Positions 50,360-64,000 of a DNA stretch of 64,000 nucleotides are shown in pieces. Source of the DNA: Okamejei kenojei (lineage: Eukaryota); assembly GCA_035221665.1 (NCBI GenBank), contig CM069164.1, forward strand, positions 14,694,001 to 14,758,000, given 5' to 3'. Numbering within the stretch: the first letter of the stretch is position 1; each line of letters starts with the position of its first letter. The translations under genes and the position numbers were made by a program. The notes under the pieces are model-generated. The model was not told the DNA's origin and ran no database searches. It saw nothing but the letters and a program-made list of their open reading frames with translations.

Positions 50360-50585
50360 TTGTGTAAGAAGGAACTGCAAATGCTGGTTTACATCAAAGA
50401 CAGACACAAAATGCTGGAGTAACAGCGGGTCAGGCGGTATTTCTGGAGAAAAGGAATAGGTGACATTTTGGGTCAGAACAGACACAAAATGCTGGAGTAA
50501 CTCTGGCAGCACCTCTGGAGATAAGGTATGGACGATGTTTCGGGTCAAGACCCTTGTCCAGACCAAGAGTCAGAGGGGAAAAAAG
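50360..50585 (-). mobile_element. Tandemly duplicated Penelope-type pLTR fragments
   Basis: Two units beginning cagacacaaaatgctggagtaac (~50401 and ~50479). Confidence 0.6.
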
Positions 50586-51189
50586 GGTCGGGTCACAACA
50601 CTTGTTTAGTCCTTTTTTATATCTTAGTCTAGAATAAGAATTACTTTTTAATGTTTTAAAAGTACATAAACTGACCACTAGATAGCAGCACCTCGTCTCT
50701 AATTCTTATTTCATTTGAATGCAAAATAATTTACAGTAAACAGAATGGTATGTTGTAGTTACCAATTTATATTAAAACTTATGTTAACATTTAGGGGCAA
50801 GATTATAAAAAATATATGCTGCACGCTCTGCCATTCGATAATTGCGGTCTGGAACCACAACTAAATTTTCTGATTAAATCTCCATACTAATAGCACCAAA
50901 AATCAATCCCTCCCCTAATGTACGCTGACCGAACATTCACACCTCTCTAGGTAAAACATTCCATGGATTCACAGCCCAAAAGACATCATAGTCTTAAACA
51001 CCAACTGCTCGATCTGATGCTCTGACCAATATATAACCAGCTTTCAGGGGGCGCTTTAAAAAAATCTGTTTTTTCAGTAGAAGGAAACATAAGAACAGGA
51101 AGAGCCTATTCAATTTCTGTTCTGCAACTCAATTAGATCATGATCTAATCATAGAATCCCTGACTTCACAGTAATCCTTAATAATCATA

Positions 51190-52025
51190 ATTGGTGGCGG
51201 TATTATGGATAGTGAAGAACATTGTTTAAGGCCACAGCATGGTAAAGATTAGTTGGAAAATTGAGCTAAACTTCGGCGGGTGGAATTTAATCCCAACAAG
51301 TGTGAAGTGATATATTTAGGGAGGCCAGATAGGGGTCAGACACAAATGGCAGGTTGCTATGAAATGTTGATGAACAGATTGACCTTCCAAAGTTCCCTGA
51401 AAGAGGGTGATGCTTGCCTTCATTGATCGAGGTGTAGAATGTAAAAGTTGGAATGTTATGCAGCAACCTGGCAAACTACTGGTTAGACCATACTTGGAGT
51501 GTCGTGACAGTTGTAGTTTCCACAATGTAGGAAAGATGTGATTGTGCTGGAGAGAGTGAGAGGAGATTCACCAGGACTTTGACTGGATTGGAGTTCTTTA
51601 GTAATGGAGAGAAAATTGATAGGTTAGACTTGTTTTCTCTGGAATGAAGGAAGTTGAGAGGTGATCTGATAAGATGTGTATAAAATTATGAGCTAGTAAT
51701 ATGCAAGATGGTCCGGATCTGTTCCACATGACAGGTCTTTCAAAAATCAAAAGGGCATAGGTTTAAAGTGAGTAGACGTTTTAAGGGAGATTTTAAAAAA
51801 AAAGCTTTATTTTACACGGTGTCAATCAAATCTGGAACTCAATGCCAAACATGGTGGTAGAATCAGATACAATCACTATGCTTAAGATATAATTAGATAG
51901 GCACTTGAATAGGCATAGCATAGAAGAATAGGGACCTAAAACATGTAAAGGGGATTAGTGTAGATGACCAAAAACATCGATATGGATGTGAGGGTCGAAG
52001 GACTTTCGGTGCTGTATCATTGTAT
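51190..52025 (+). mobile_element. Old CR1-clade LINE 3' part
   Basis: tttaatcccaacaagtgtgaagtgat, ggttagaccatacttggagt and gaggtgatctgata blocks typical of the CR1 RT C-terminus. Confidence 0.75.
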
Positions 52026-52257
52026 ATTCTAAAATGTGTTTTATTGCCCTCGCAACTAACTCTTCAGCAAAACTTTACCCTTCGTAGCAAAATATTATAT
52101 TTAAGGGATTTTTGCAGTAGTTGTACGATTCACCCTAATGCAAATCAATAAAATGATTACTCAATAAATTCATTAAAAATAATTTTTGATATGAATGATG
52201 AAGTTATAAAATCTGCACATTTTGCAACTTCTGATAAACAAGTGCTGGCAAACTTAC

Positions 52258-52378
52258 GGATCAAAAACCTCCCAGTCCTCTTCATAGCTTGCCTCCGGGT
52301 GAGCAGGTGCTTCTGGATAAGTGCCAGGAGGAGATATTGTCTTACAGAGTTCTGCATTCGTCACATTCAATTCTGGTG
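52258..52378 (-). CDS. CTDSPL2: CTDSPL2 exon (APELNVTNAELCKT...AHPEASYEEDWEVFDP)
   Basis: tttttag|...CC|gtaagt, 121 bp, phase 1/2; YEEDWEVFDP conserved. The acceptor is less certain than the donor. Confidence 0.88.
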
Positions 52379-53039
52379 CTAAAAATGTTTAAACAAAGAG
52401 TAAACAATGCAAAGATGGTTGAAAAAAGAAGACCGCATGCTTCATATAATTACCTAGTTTAAGGAAATGATCATAACACCTTACTCTGACATATACTTTA
52501 ACATTAAAGCACTTCTCTCTCCCTCCACACCCCCTTATCCCCATTTTATTTTTCAAAAAGCTAACGTGCAGTGTAGTCTGCACACATACACCATAACCTC
52601 TCAACATAAAATATACTCATTTTTAGTGCTATTAGCCAACTCTCAACCCATGCTAGTGCACATGATCAAGTACCACACACTTGAATCTTAATAATTTGTG
52701 TGCCTTCTTCATCCAAATACAGTGGAACAACTGGTTTGCCTTACCTATTCTATTTGTAACAACCTTAAATATTTCCAGAGTTCCTAAACATGATTTCCCT
52801 TTCAGAAATCCATAATGTCTCTGTTCAATCCTATTAGTACTTTGTTATCTCTTCCTTAATAATAATCATAGATATGTATTAATTCCCTTTATAAGTTTTA
52901 GATGTCTCTGCGCAGGTATTCAAAGCCTCCTGCAATTAAGGCCAACATAACCATTTGTTACGGTATTTAAAAACATATAGCACCAAGAGATTTACCTACC
53001 ACATTATTGGTACACGACTCCATTCTTCTCTCTTTGTTT

Positions 53040-53381
53040 CCTAAGATACTCTTAAGATAATGACAATCCATATTTGAAAAACCCGCCAAGAAACTTGCGC
53101 TGCACATGCGCAGTACTGCAAAGGCAGAATTTCAGGTGCCTTCAGCACCCCTTGTCATGAAGGCTTGAAGCAGCGCCGATGGCACGTGGGCTGCACAGAC
53201 TTTCGCGTGTTGCAAGTACTGCGCATGAAAGGCACGGAGAATTATGCCTACCTAAGACATCAATCTCTTAGATAGGCATAATTCTCCCATGCCTTTACTA
53301 TTTATATTTAATAATCACCATTTTATAATTTTAGTCACGGTAGGCAGTGCCTACCTTGCCTACCCTGACGGCACGTGCCTG
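53040..53381. mobile_element. Probable non-autonomous DNA transposon fragment with two hairpins
   Basis: Inverted repeats at 53105-53227 and 53228-53296; right end reads CAGGCACGTGCCGTCAGGGTAGGCAAGGTAGGCA on the minus strand, resembling a hAT-type terminus. Confidence 0.45.
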
Positions 53382-54911
53382 ACCTATTGTCTTTTGATAG
53401 AGGATGATAACACTAGGGGACATAAGCTCAAGGTGAGAGGCAAGAGAATTTAAGAGGGACCTTTTTCCACAGAGGATAGTTCATATCTGGAACAAGCAGA
53501 CAAAGGAAACAAGCAGATACAATTGCGACTTTCAAAAGACATTCAGATAGACATATGGGTAGCAAACGTGTAGAGGGATACAGCCGAAAATCGGGAAATG
53601 GGATTAACCCAAAACACCAATTTGGCGAATAAGTTGGCAGCCTATATTTTTCCCTCTTCTTGAGCAGCAGAGCAATATTTACAATTTTCCTATCGTCTGG
53701 AACCACCCCCTGATTCTAGTGATTCTTGAAAGATCACAACTAATGTCTCCACAATCTCTGAAACTTCCTCTTTCAGAACCCTGGGGGAAAATCAAAATCT
53801 GCAGATGCTAGAAATTTGAAAGCTAATGATCTTAGATGTGAGATATTAGCTGTTTCTCTCTCCACAGATGCCAAGTGTTACCAACATTTACTGATTTTAT
53901 TCTCGTCACCAGAAATCCTTGCAAACCAATGCCAAACTGGAAAGTATGGAACCAGTTCTAAAGCACAAGCATGATACCTTGCAATTTCACAGTTTGAAAT
54001 GCCAATGGTACTTTGTTCAGTAAATTAAAAAGTCCTAAAGGCTTGCTCAGAACAATGACAAGGGAACTACACTTTGCCTATATGGGGATGGGAGACTGGG
54101 ACATGAAAGCATGGTAATAGGCTACATGACACATCTGCTTGGCAGATATAGGAAAACTGCCAAATGTGAAGGCAGTTTATAATTAGCACAATGCTAGGAA
54201 GTCTTCAGTGACCAATAATGAACACAGCATAGAAACAAACATCAGGGTTACATGACCAAAATCATTGATACAAAACGTAACAAAGAAAACCAGGAAGGGT
54301 CTTAATAAATACACCTGCATATATATTCTAATATCTGACCTGCATTCAGACTGTGATCCCTGTTTCTATAATTCCATCCAGCAGAAACAGTCACTCTGCT
54401 AGCCTCTTAAGAATTTAGCCTGCTTCTAATTCATTAAAACTCAGAAGAGTTAAGCCAATCAGTTAATTGTTCCTCATACAACAAACGTACCATCTCAGGA
54501 ATCAATACGATGAATCTCAACAGCACTCCTTCTATTTAAAAGTATATTCTTCTTTGGGTAGGAAGACCACATTGGAACACAATAGTCCACGTGAAATCTC
54601 ATGCAGCAGTTTGCACATACACCTTTTTTTGTTGCATTTCGGAGTATACATTCAGGAGGCAGGGCAGCTGACTGAAATGAGCATTATAGCTAAGATGTTT
54701 GAAACCTAATGCACAGGGCAGTCTTGTGCCACTTTGGTTCCCGAGATGAATAACTGTAATGATCCCTTCTTCAAAGCACATCAGTCCTTCTTCAACTTTC
54801 CAAAAGCCCAAAATGCACCACTGTCAGGAAACACCACTACCGTCAATTCCCAATGAGTTTTTATTTACCAGAATATGCAACGCATCTGCTTGTCTAAAAG
54901 GTCTGCTATAC

Positions 54912-55130
54912 CTGACATTGGATGAACTTTACTGGCGACCTTATCTTCTGCATTATCTGAACTGCTGTCAGGGGACGGTGATTGTGCTGTCACTGCCTGG
55001 CCAGAGTATAGTCCTCCCGTTGCTGATGTTGCTGTGCTGGTGGTTATCTCGTCTACTTGCTCCAATTCCAGCTGTTTGACTATTTCTTCAGCCTCCACAG
55101 CTTGACCTGAGGAGTCAGATCCTGATGTTC
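54912..55130 (-). CDS. CTDSPL2: CTDSPL2 exon ([32 protein letters not shown]...)
   Basis: Inside ORF 54865..55167; 219 bp, phase 1/1. Confidence 0.93.
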
Positions 55131-56268
55131 CTACAAACGAGATCACAAGCATAAAATCATATCTCAAAAATGCAAAGATTACCTACCACAGCATATTACA
55201 TACTTTATTTATGTTCTGTTTTCACCAAAGTAGTGCAGCCACTGGAGACAAAACTAAAAACTAAACTAAACAATATTAGTGAAGGAGAAAGCCTTGGTCT
55301 ATTTACATTTTGCCTCCTGCTCAAATAGATCAATGCTAGAAAATGCTATTAGTGAAGGCAATAGGCAACATTTCGGAACCCTTCTTCAGACTTCCTTCCC
55401 GCTGCTTCACCCGCTGAGTTTCTCCAGCATTTTTGTCTACCTTCGATTTTCCAGCATCTGCAGTTCTTTCTTAAACATTTTTAATTACTGTTCATTTTTA
55501 TTTATTCATTAATACCGTCTCTAATTGTTTGTCAGAGACATTGCACAAGTTAAATAATTTCTAATGCACAACAGAGTAAAGAATAAACACATTTCATTCA
55601 CAAATACACATTTTTTTTAAATGGTTGAATGTTTAACATACCACAAATGCCAGTAATATCAAGTATGAAATGAGCGTGGAAGGTTTTTTTGTGCTTATAA
55701 ATCTATTGCTTTTCTTATATAATTATTTCTGAAGTGCATACTACTCAATTTAAATTATGGGAACTCCAAAATATGTCACGAGAAAAGGATACAGAATCAT
55801 CTTGGCTAATATTTTTGTTTATAATTTATACAGATAATTGTAGAACGGTGGTTCTGAGGTAATAAATCAGTTTTGATTTTACTGATTGGCAGACTTTGCA
55901 TAAAGGGCTGAAAATCTATGCATGCATTTGCTTCTTATGTGAAAGCTTGGTGGAATCAGGTTCCATTTTTAGTCAAATGGGCAGGTATTTCAAAAGGACA
56001 ACTAAACATTACAAGGGAGAAGCTGGGGAATGGGACTGCTTGGACAGATTTTTCCAAGAGCGGACCTGATAAGATGAGTGTATACTGATTGTGGTTGAAG
56101 TCTCCACACCCAACTTTCTGCTACATGGTATATAAATGTTACTTGTGCTGCTTCCTGACATTGCAACGGCATCTTAAAGAAAGTATTACTATAATTCAAA
56201 TGCAATACTTAATTTCATTTTAACACAGTTCTACATTTCAGAAAGTATTTTAGTAATTAATACTTTAC

Positions 56269-56403
56269 CATTTTTGTTTGCTGGTGAAAAGAAACTGAAA
56301 ACAGGAGAAAAGATGGTTCCCAGTAAGGCAGTTCGTGGAGGGCTAACAACATCATTTACTATCGTTAGTTTTCCATTCTGTTTATTTCTGTAACCTCCAG
56401 TCT
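56269..56403 (-). CDS. CTDSPL2: CTDSPL2 exon (...[26 protein letters not shown])
   Basis: 135 bp, phase 1/1, canonical AG/GT, conserved motif. Confidence 0.93.
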
Positions 56404-56454
56404 CTTAAAAAAACAAATAGCAAATGTAAGGTGTGTTGTAATTACAATTTACAA

Positions 56455-57080
56455 TCTAGTGGGAGGAACTGAAGGAAATCCACATTAGTCAGGAAATGGG
56501 TTTTGGTAAACTGTTGGGGATGAAGGCAGATAAATCTCCAGGGCATGATGGTCTGCATCCCAGAGTACTCAAAGAGGTGGCCCTAGAAATCGTGGATGCA
56601 TTAGTGATCATTTCCCAAATGTTCTCTTGACTCTGGATCAGTTCCTGTAACTCCACTTTGTAAGAAAAGAGGGAGAGAGAAAACAGGGAATTATAGACAA
56701 GTTAGCCTGTGACATCTACAAGTTTGCGGGTGGCAGCGTGGGCTGCGATGAGGATGCTATGAAGCTGCAGGGTGGACTGATAGGTTGGGTGAGTGGGCAG
56801 GTGCCGTATAATGTGGATAAATGAGGTGGCAAGAAGTTCACGAGGTTAATTCCCAGGACAGCGGGACCGATATATGATGAAAGAATGGGTCGACTGGGCT
56901 TTTATTCACTGGAATTCAGAGGAATGAAAGGGGATCTTATAGAAACATATAACATTCTTAAGGGATTGGACAGGCTGGATGCAGGAAAAATGTTCCCAAT
57001 GTTGGGGGAGTTCAGAACCAGGGGTCACAGTTTAAGAATAAGGGGTAGGCCATTTAGGACTGAGATGAGGATTTTTTTTG
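56455..57080 (+). mobile_element. CR1-clade LINE, internally deleted
   Basis: KSPGxDGLHPRVLKEVA block at ~56530 and ORF 56885..57133 (RLGFYSLEFRGMKGDLIETY...RTRGHSL). Confidence 0.8.
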
Positions 57081-60000
57081 TTGCCGTGGCTTCATATACA
57101 ACTGTGTTCAAATACACATTTGCATTAACATAATTAAAAACTAAAATTATTGCTAATTGGTTTATGCAGTAAAGTATCACATACCTGTTGCAATGACCTT
57201 GCATACAATTACAATGAATATTTCCAAACAGTGAAAATAACCAGAAATAATCTATGGCCTATTCTTAGTCACTTATGTGACCAAAAAATGAAAAATTGTG
57301 GAATACATCTCTTCTAATTCTGAAGGCATTAGAGGTACATTCTGTATGCTGTATATACGATACATATTTTTTCGGTTTATCAAGTGAATTTTTTATGTTA
57401 TGCTGACAATGTTTGTTTAGGGTCAGGGCCAAATATGACTGGTCACATGTGTGACATCACACGGAAGCATTTACAAACTCTTGTGAATTTTAAAAAGCTA
57501 AAATGTCCATATATTTAGCAGACACGCATTATAGTTCTGTAGGTAGGAAAATAGCAATGAATAAGATTAATTTACAAGGATTTTGTAATGTATTAGAGTT
57601 TGATGACATCTGGTCACGTGTGTGACATTTTGGTTCACTTTCCAAAGAATGGGGGCTATACAGCAATGGATAATATCTTTACACCATCCAGTGTTTCTAA
57701 TCACTCATGGATGCTGGGACTGAAAATAAATTAAACTGATTCAAAAATTAATTCTCTGTCACATGATACAATGCCTTTATCTTGCATCCTTTCCACTATT
57801 GAAAGGTCATATAACATTTATTGACAACATTTAATACACTTATAAACTAGTTAGCTCCAAGCGGCAATTCATAAACTATAATCCTAATTGACATTTCCAG
57901 TCCAATGGGCATTTGGTGCCAGGCTATTCCACCTAGCGGTTCAAACCTTAATCTATTCACAAAATGGCCAACACAACACTTTACTGGGTCAACTGCCCTT
58001 TTTCTCAATTTTCCCCCACCCAATCTCCTACTTCAACCAAGCTACTTCAAATAGTGCCAACCATTATCCAGCCATACACAAAAGTGATCTCCTGCCTACC
58101 ACAACAATAGGAGAAATTACAGAATTGTCTGGGTGGACTATCATTATCCTATGATTCACCCGTTGGAAGAATTCATTACCTGTAAATCTGAAAGTAATTA
58201 TCAGACCATGGTATCATAAGAGTTATCTGACTGACTGCACATATGGAATCACCTCGATGCTAATTCAACATATGGAATCACTCACTGACAACTATATGTG
58301 ACAGGCATATAGAGTGAGAGGCAAGGGAAAACATATACAATGTTAAACAAGAGAAAGACAGGCAAAGAGGACAGTGGAAACAAAGTAAAAAGAAAAAGCG
58401 ATGAGACAGAATCGTTTAACCTATGTTTACAAGCGAAACCACAGAATGTCAAATCAATTTCATACAAAATATTCCGTTTTACATTACAGTCCAACAGCAC
58501 TCTGTCTCAATTACCAATGGTCAATTATAAATGATCTATTCAAAACCATGGAAATGAAAGTTCTGATTTAATCTATTTTGTTGTCCAACATGCAAAATTC
58601 CCACTTAAAGCATTTTCAACCCTAGTTACAGTCTGTTTTAAATTGGGTGCAAAAGTATTCAGGACAAATATAACTCACTTTAGACAGAACTTTAATTATC
58701 ACAGAAATACACAAGAAAAAGTTTCATTAAAAATTGTGTGTGAAATATCCAGTAACTTTAAGCTCCAAGGCTAGAAGCATAAATAACAACCAACCAACGA
58801 CAAGATTTATACATACAAAGATACTTTTTTTTCTTTTAACAGCTTAAATAATGCTGAAGCAATGTTCAGAGGCGTCATTTGACATACAGACTTTCTGTAT
58901 GTTTAATAATTCCACTCTCAGAGGTAAATGCTTATTTCAGACTGTGCAATGCAAAAATCCTGCTGAAAATTGGCATACAAATGTGCAGAAGAATATACCT
59001 GGTACTGCTTTGGATTCTTGGTATTGGTTTTTCTATACCAAAATACAATGAAAATCTTTGATTTGCCTGTTATCCAGATGTGAACGTGAAAAGGAGAATA
59101 TAGATAGAGTGCAGAATCGAGCGTTACAGTTATCGAGTAGGGGCCGATTAAAAACAAGTGCAACGGCTGCAACAAGGCAGATTGGAAAATCAGAAGTTCA
59201 TCCTCAACATACAAGAGGTCCATAAAAGAGTCTGACAAAAGGCAGAAAAAGGTGTTCTTCAATCTGGTGGCATGTGTTTTTAAGCTTTTGTACCTCAGAG
59301 TACTTCATTTCAAGGTTATTTGCAACCGTGTATAGTATGTCCCGTGCAGTGGGATGTAAACTAGTCATGACGGCAAAGTGAATGATATGTCGATTTCTTC
59401 AGCTTTATCTGAATATTCCCGAGACCCTTATGCATGTGGCAAGATTGTCCAATGGAGTTATTGTTGGGTCAACCTTTCTTTCTATTTGGAAGGTGGCCCA
59501 ATCACCAGCTTGCCAACAACGTGGATCTCAGCAAGGGACTGTGCAGCCTCTCCATCAACAGGTGCCTGCATCATGAAAGGATCCAGGTTCTCTGAAATTC
59601 ATTGGTGCAACCAGACAGCCAGGTGGTGAGAATCAACCACAACGTGTCTCAACACTGGAGTCCATGTAACTGTCCAGTCAACAAAGTAGAGTTATTTGTG
59701 GAAAATGATTAAGCAGCTGGTCTTGTCATTTAGTTTGAAGTCTTAATTTACATGCAGTAATTTGTATGGAAACACAGCAGCCTTTCTCAGCTGATTCTTT
59801 TTTCTGGACAGTGGAAGGGTGATAGGCCTTTGCCTATCCTGAGAAAGGACGACCTAGAAACATCACAATGGTTTTTCATGTTCAATCGCTTATGAAATTA
59901 AGGAATTGATACAATGTACATGGTCATGGGATGAGCACATAATCTCCCCACATGTCAAAGATTGCCAAGTGGTGAGCTGCGCAGTCAGTCTGCTGAACCA

Positions 60001-60459
60001 GGTCAGGGATGCCAAGCTCAAAGAGAACACCAAGCTCTTCGCTGTTAAATTACTCAACAGATAGCACTCAGTTATCTGTTCAAACTGCATGAATATTTTG
60101 GCAGAGTGTCACCACCACCTGCCATCTGGTAATGGGACTGGTACACATTTAAAAATCACAAAATAGTTTTAGTAGGGAAGGAGGCCATTCAGCCACTGAG
60201 TTTCAATAGACTATGGAAATGCACTCCAGCCATTTATATTCCTCCTCCTGCCCTGCAAAATTATTTGAGATACTTATTCAGCTATCTTTTGAATGTTCTA
60301 GTGCATTCTGCCTCCAATATTATTCCAGTCCCTAACCACTTGCTGCATAAATAAATTTCCCTCATGCCATTTTCAGTCCTTTTGCAAATCGTCTTCATTT
60401 TGTAATCCCTGGTTCTGCTATGGCTTCTCTATCTACTCAGCACCCTGGGTGATTTTAAA

Positions 60460-60603
60460 TCTGAAGGGTCTCGACCCGAAACATCACCCATTTGAAAAAT
60501 CACCCATTCCATCTCTCCAGACCTGCTGCCTGTCCTGCTGAGTAACTACAGCTTTTTGTGTCTATCTACCGTTTAAACCAGCATCTGCAGTTCCTTCTTA
60601 CAC
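60460..60603 (+). mobile_element. Penelope-type pLTR fragment inserted in an older LINE
   Basis: ctgaagggtctcgacccgaaac...gcatctgcagttccttcttacac, flanked by aaatct. Confidence 0.6.
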
Positions 60604-62403
60604 AAATCTCCTCTTAACCTCCACTGTCCAAGGAGAACAACTACATCTTCCAAGTCATTCTATATAACTGAAGTTGCCCATCCCAGAATCATCTTAATAA
60701 ATCATTTCAGCAATTAGCCAAAATCTTTACATATTTTCTAAAGTGCAGCACTCAGACATCTGACTTTGTTGCTCTTGTACTAAGTATTTATATTTATAAA
60801 GCATGGGATTCCATATACTTTTTTAACAACTTTGAGTAAACCTACACTGGCACTTCCAAAGAACTATGCAAATATACCCTGGATCTCTCTGATCGTGCCT
60901 CTTTCAGAGTTGTGTCCTCTAATATATATTTGCCTCCTCACATTCTTACCAACAAAATGTATCTCTTGCATTTCTCTGTATTAAAATTTCATCTGCCACC
61001 TATTTTCCCCATTCCACCAATCTCTATGTCTTTCAAATGTATCACTGTCCTACATGGTCTCCTGTTGCATGTTCTATGTCAGTCTCTTCCAATTACATCA
61101 CTAGAGCCTCTCCAAAAATAAATTGAACTGAACACGAGCCAAACATTACATGGTATACTTAATAGGAAATATAGGATGTCCAGAGCAGGAAATGAATGTG
61201 ATTTAGTAAGTGATGCTTTTCTAAAATTAGAATTAAGGTATAATTTTAGGACAGAACAAACTTTACACCAAGGTGATCTCTTCTGTGTTAAAACAACACA
61301 GGAAATCCTTAATTTTGAGCCTGCTTAACAGGAAAACGATTCCACTTTGTTTTAGTAATGTTCCATGTGATTTTACAAAGCTATCTCAGGTCACCACTCA
61401 GCCTCTTACACTCCAACAGAAAAATGACCCAGCCTGCCCAGCAATTCCTTGTAGCTCAATCCCCTCAGACCCAGTATCATCCTCGCAAATCTTTTTTGCA
61501 CCCTTTCCAATTGAATGATATCCTTCCTCTTGCAGGGCAACCAGAACTACACACAGCAGTCCAAATGTGGCATACCCACAGCGTAATTCAAATGTGAGCT
61601 TACCAGTTGGTGGCCCGAGGAAGGATACGGTAATTTCTGGAAAGATTTATCTGGGATGAGGTACAGGGTTAGATGGGGAAAACTAGTTTTTGTTATACTT
61701 GAAAGATTAAATGGCGATTTGATAATGATATACTAGTTTAGGTCACAGTTTTGACGTTTTGGTCAAAAGACAGAAGAGGGATAGAAGAAATCTTATTCTT
61801 GGACATCATTGGTGATGCCAGTATTTACTGTCCATTCTGAACTGAGGAGGCAGCCAAATGTCTTGTCACATTGATAAATCACCTGATAAGGGAGGTCGAT
61901 TTTCTTCCCCAAAACAACATTACTGCAGATGATTTCTATGTTAGTCTGGTGGTTCAGTCAAACTTCAGTGGAACCAGATATTTTTTATACTCATGTCTTA
62001 TTTAATTAATACCTAAGTTTAAACAGCAGCCATGCTGGGTTCTGAATATACATATCTAGCCATATGATCCAGACTTTTGGCTGATGGTTCAGTCATTAAA
62101 CCAGCAAGCTACCAAGCACAGGGTAGATCTAATCTGGAATTTACTGCTTGTAGAAGCAGAGGAAATAGAATCATTCAGACTTACAAAAGGGAACCATATA
62201 GGCACCAGAGGAAAAATAATTTCAACGCCATGGGGAAAGGGGCTATTGGGAGCGCTCTGCTTGGAGCCATCCAGACTCAAAGGGCTCTTGCACTGCAACA
62301 AATATAAGATTTAGCGATAATTATCACCGCAATGGTTCTAAAATGATATTGTGAAAGAGATACCTGAATTTCCAATCAATGAAAGGAAATGGTCTCTACT
62401 GAC

Positions 62404-62545
62404 CTCCGTTCACTGGGCTTTTCCGCCTTACTCTCGAGATTTGTTTGTTAGGTTTTGTGCCGGTGTGGGGTGTTGAAGTGATCATGTTGTCATCCAGGTC
62501 ACCATCAAGTTTACATTTTTTCTTTGGAGGGTTCTCTGCTTCCGC
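62404..62545 (-). CDS. CTDSPL2: CTDSPL2 exon ([26 protein letters not shown]...[17 protein letters not shown]); ATG exon lies beyond the right edge
   Basis: ccacag|...GAG|gtcagt; matches human DNNLITSTP...[17 protein letters not shown] (recalled). Confidence 0.92.
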
Positions 62546-64000
62546 CTGTGGAGTGAACAGCAAAATGATCTTTGATTGATATCACCAGGATTTCCATATT
62601 TAATCTGGAAACACCCTTCTAAAGACAGCGCAAGGATCCAAAGTCAGAGCAACTACAAAAAATAAACGCAAAGCATTACACCAATTCATATTACTTAAAA
62701 ATATGAAAGTATAATGATTTGACTCTTTCTAACGTATGTAATTTATAGATAATTTTAATGCTAATTTGGAAATTAACCTGAATTTTAAAGTTTCTCCCTC
62801 GCCACTTCATATCCCATTACCCAAAATACATTCTTAAAGGAATTTTATTCACAAGCCATCTCAGCAAAATAGCTGCAATGAAACGTTGCCTCAAATTCAC
62901 CTTCCTCAAGCTTTCCTTTTTCTTAGAGATGGAATGTGATGAAAAAAAACAAGCAGACATTAACTGATGCTTTTCCATTTCCAGTTGCAGTATACAAGCC
63001 GTTGCAGCATTTTGATTATAAAAAATGACTTGCAGTGGAGCGCACCATTCCCTTTCGATGAGGTAATATGCCGATGGGAATAAGGGTATGTCAGATTATC
63101 CTTTAATTCATGATCAACAATGATGTCTTCCATATTACTTATGCAATAAAGCATTATATAAAAGATAGAAAAATGTGCCATGCACTAAGTAAATAAATAC
63201 TTTCCTAATCAGAATTGTTTTCAGCAGCTCAAAGCTAAAGCACAACAGTATTTTAGGCAATATTTCTTTCTAAATTTAATCTTTGCTGTTAATATGAGGC
63301 TTTTTTAAAGATGAAACATTCAGATCTGATTTGAAATATTCAGCTCCATTTTCATTAAAACTCTCTCAAACAAATAAGAAACGCACAACACTTAACAAAG
63401 TCAAAGTCAATGGATTAAACAAATAACCCAATGTGACTCTATCACAGTTATTTAAAACAATAAGACAGTAATCTGAGCTAAGATGCATTTCAATTACCTT
63501 CCTTTTTTTGAGAAACGGGATTGGTTTCCTCAGGTACATTTTGGAAAGCATGCACATAAAGATGGAGTAACAATTTATCTTGAAGTGAGAGTGCAAGAGG
63601 AGAAAAAACCCAGGTTTTTGATTTCATAAAATGATCACAATTGCTCAAAAACATGTTTTCATATTTGTGGGTATATTTTTTTGTGCTCTGTGTGGCCATC
63701 TATTTTTCAGCCTTAGTTAAGACGCCCGACTCAATTTTTTTTTCTCTTGGATTGTTAAAGTTGGCTTTGTCTACCACACAAAAAATATTTTACATGCAAT
63801 GAACAATTCCAAGCCTAATGGACACTTGGATAGGAGAGCAAAATCCAAAACATCAATTAATTGACAAAAATATTTAATCGGTAATCACTTAATGTCCAAT
63901 ATGAGAATTCAGAAAAATCACTTCCTTCTGATAATGTGAAAATGTTTTTTATTTAGGTGGAAGCAAACTTGGAACCTGTAATCTTCACAAAAGCAATGAA

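Noticed and set aside
57325-57790. Repeated ctggtcac(a/g)tgtgtgacat motifs with short aaggcatt/aatgcctt inverted ends
   Set aside because: May be an old DNA-transposon relic, but the TIR match is only 8 bp and I see no TSD or coding remnant.

Overview
Eukaryotic genomic DNA, very likely a cartilaginous fish (skate/ray-like repeat content; inference). Two spliced genes lie in tandem on the minus strand. (1) CTDSPL2 (SCP4 phosphatase): 11 coding exons from 62545 down to the stop at 36090, with a long 3'UTR; the ATG exon is beyond the right edge. (2) A stereocilin (STRC)-family gene: 9 coding exons from 19518 down to 716, continuing past the left edge. Its 2431-bp GC-rich exon 4 encodes eight tandem 4-cysteine modules that I do not recognise as a named domain. 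Mobile DNA includes a full-length Passport-like Tc1 element in STRC intron 4, a second Tc1 split by a 5'-truncated L1 with an 11-bp TSD, many CR1, Rex1 and tRNA-SINE fragments, and dispersed Penelope-type LTR pieces carrying hammerhead-ribozyme-like cores. Homology calls rest on my recall of human and fish proteins, not on database searches; exon boundaries and phases were read by hand.
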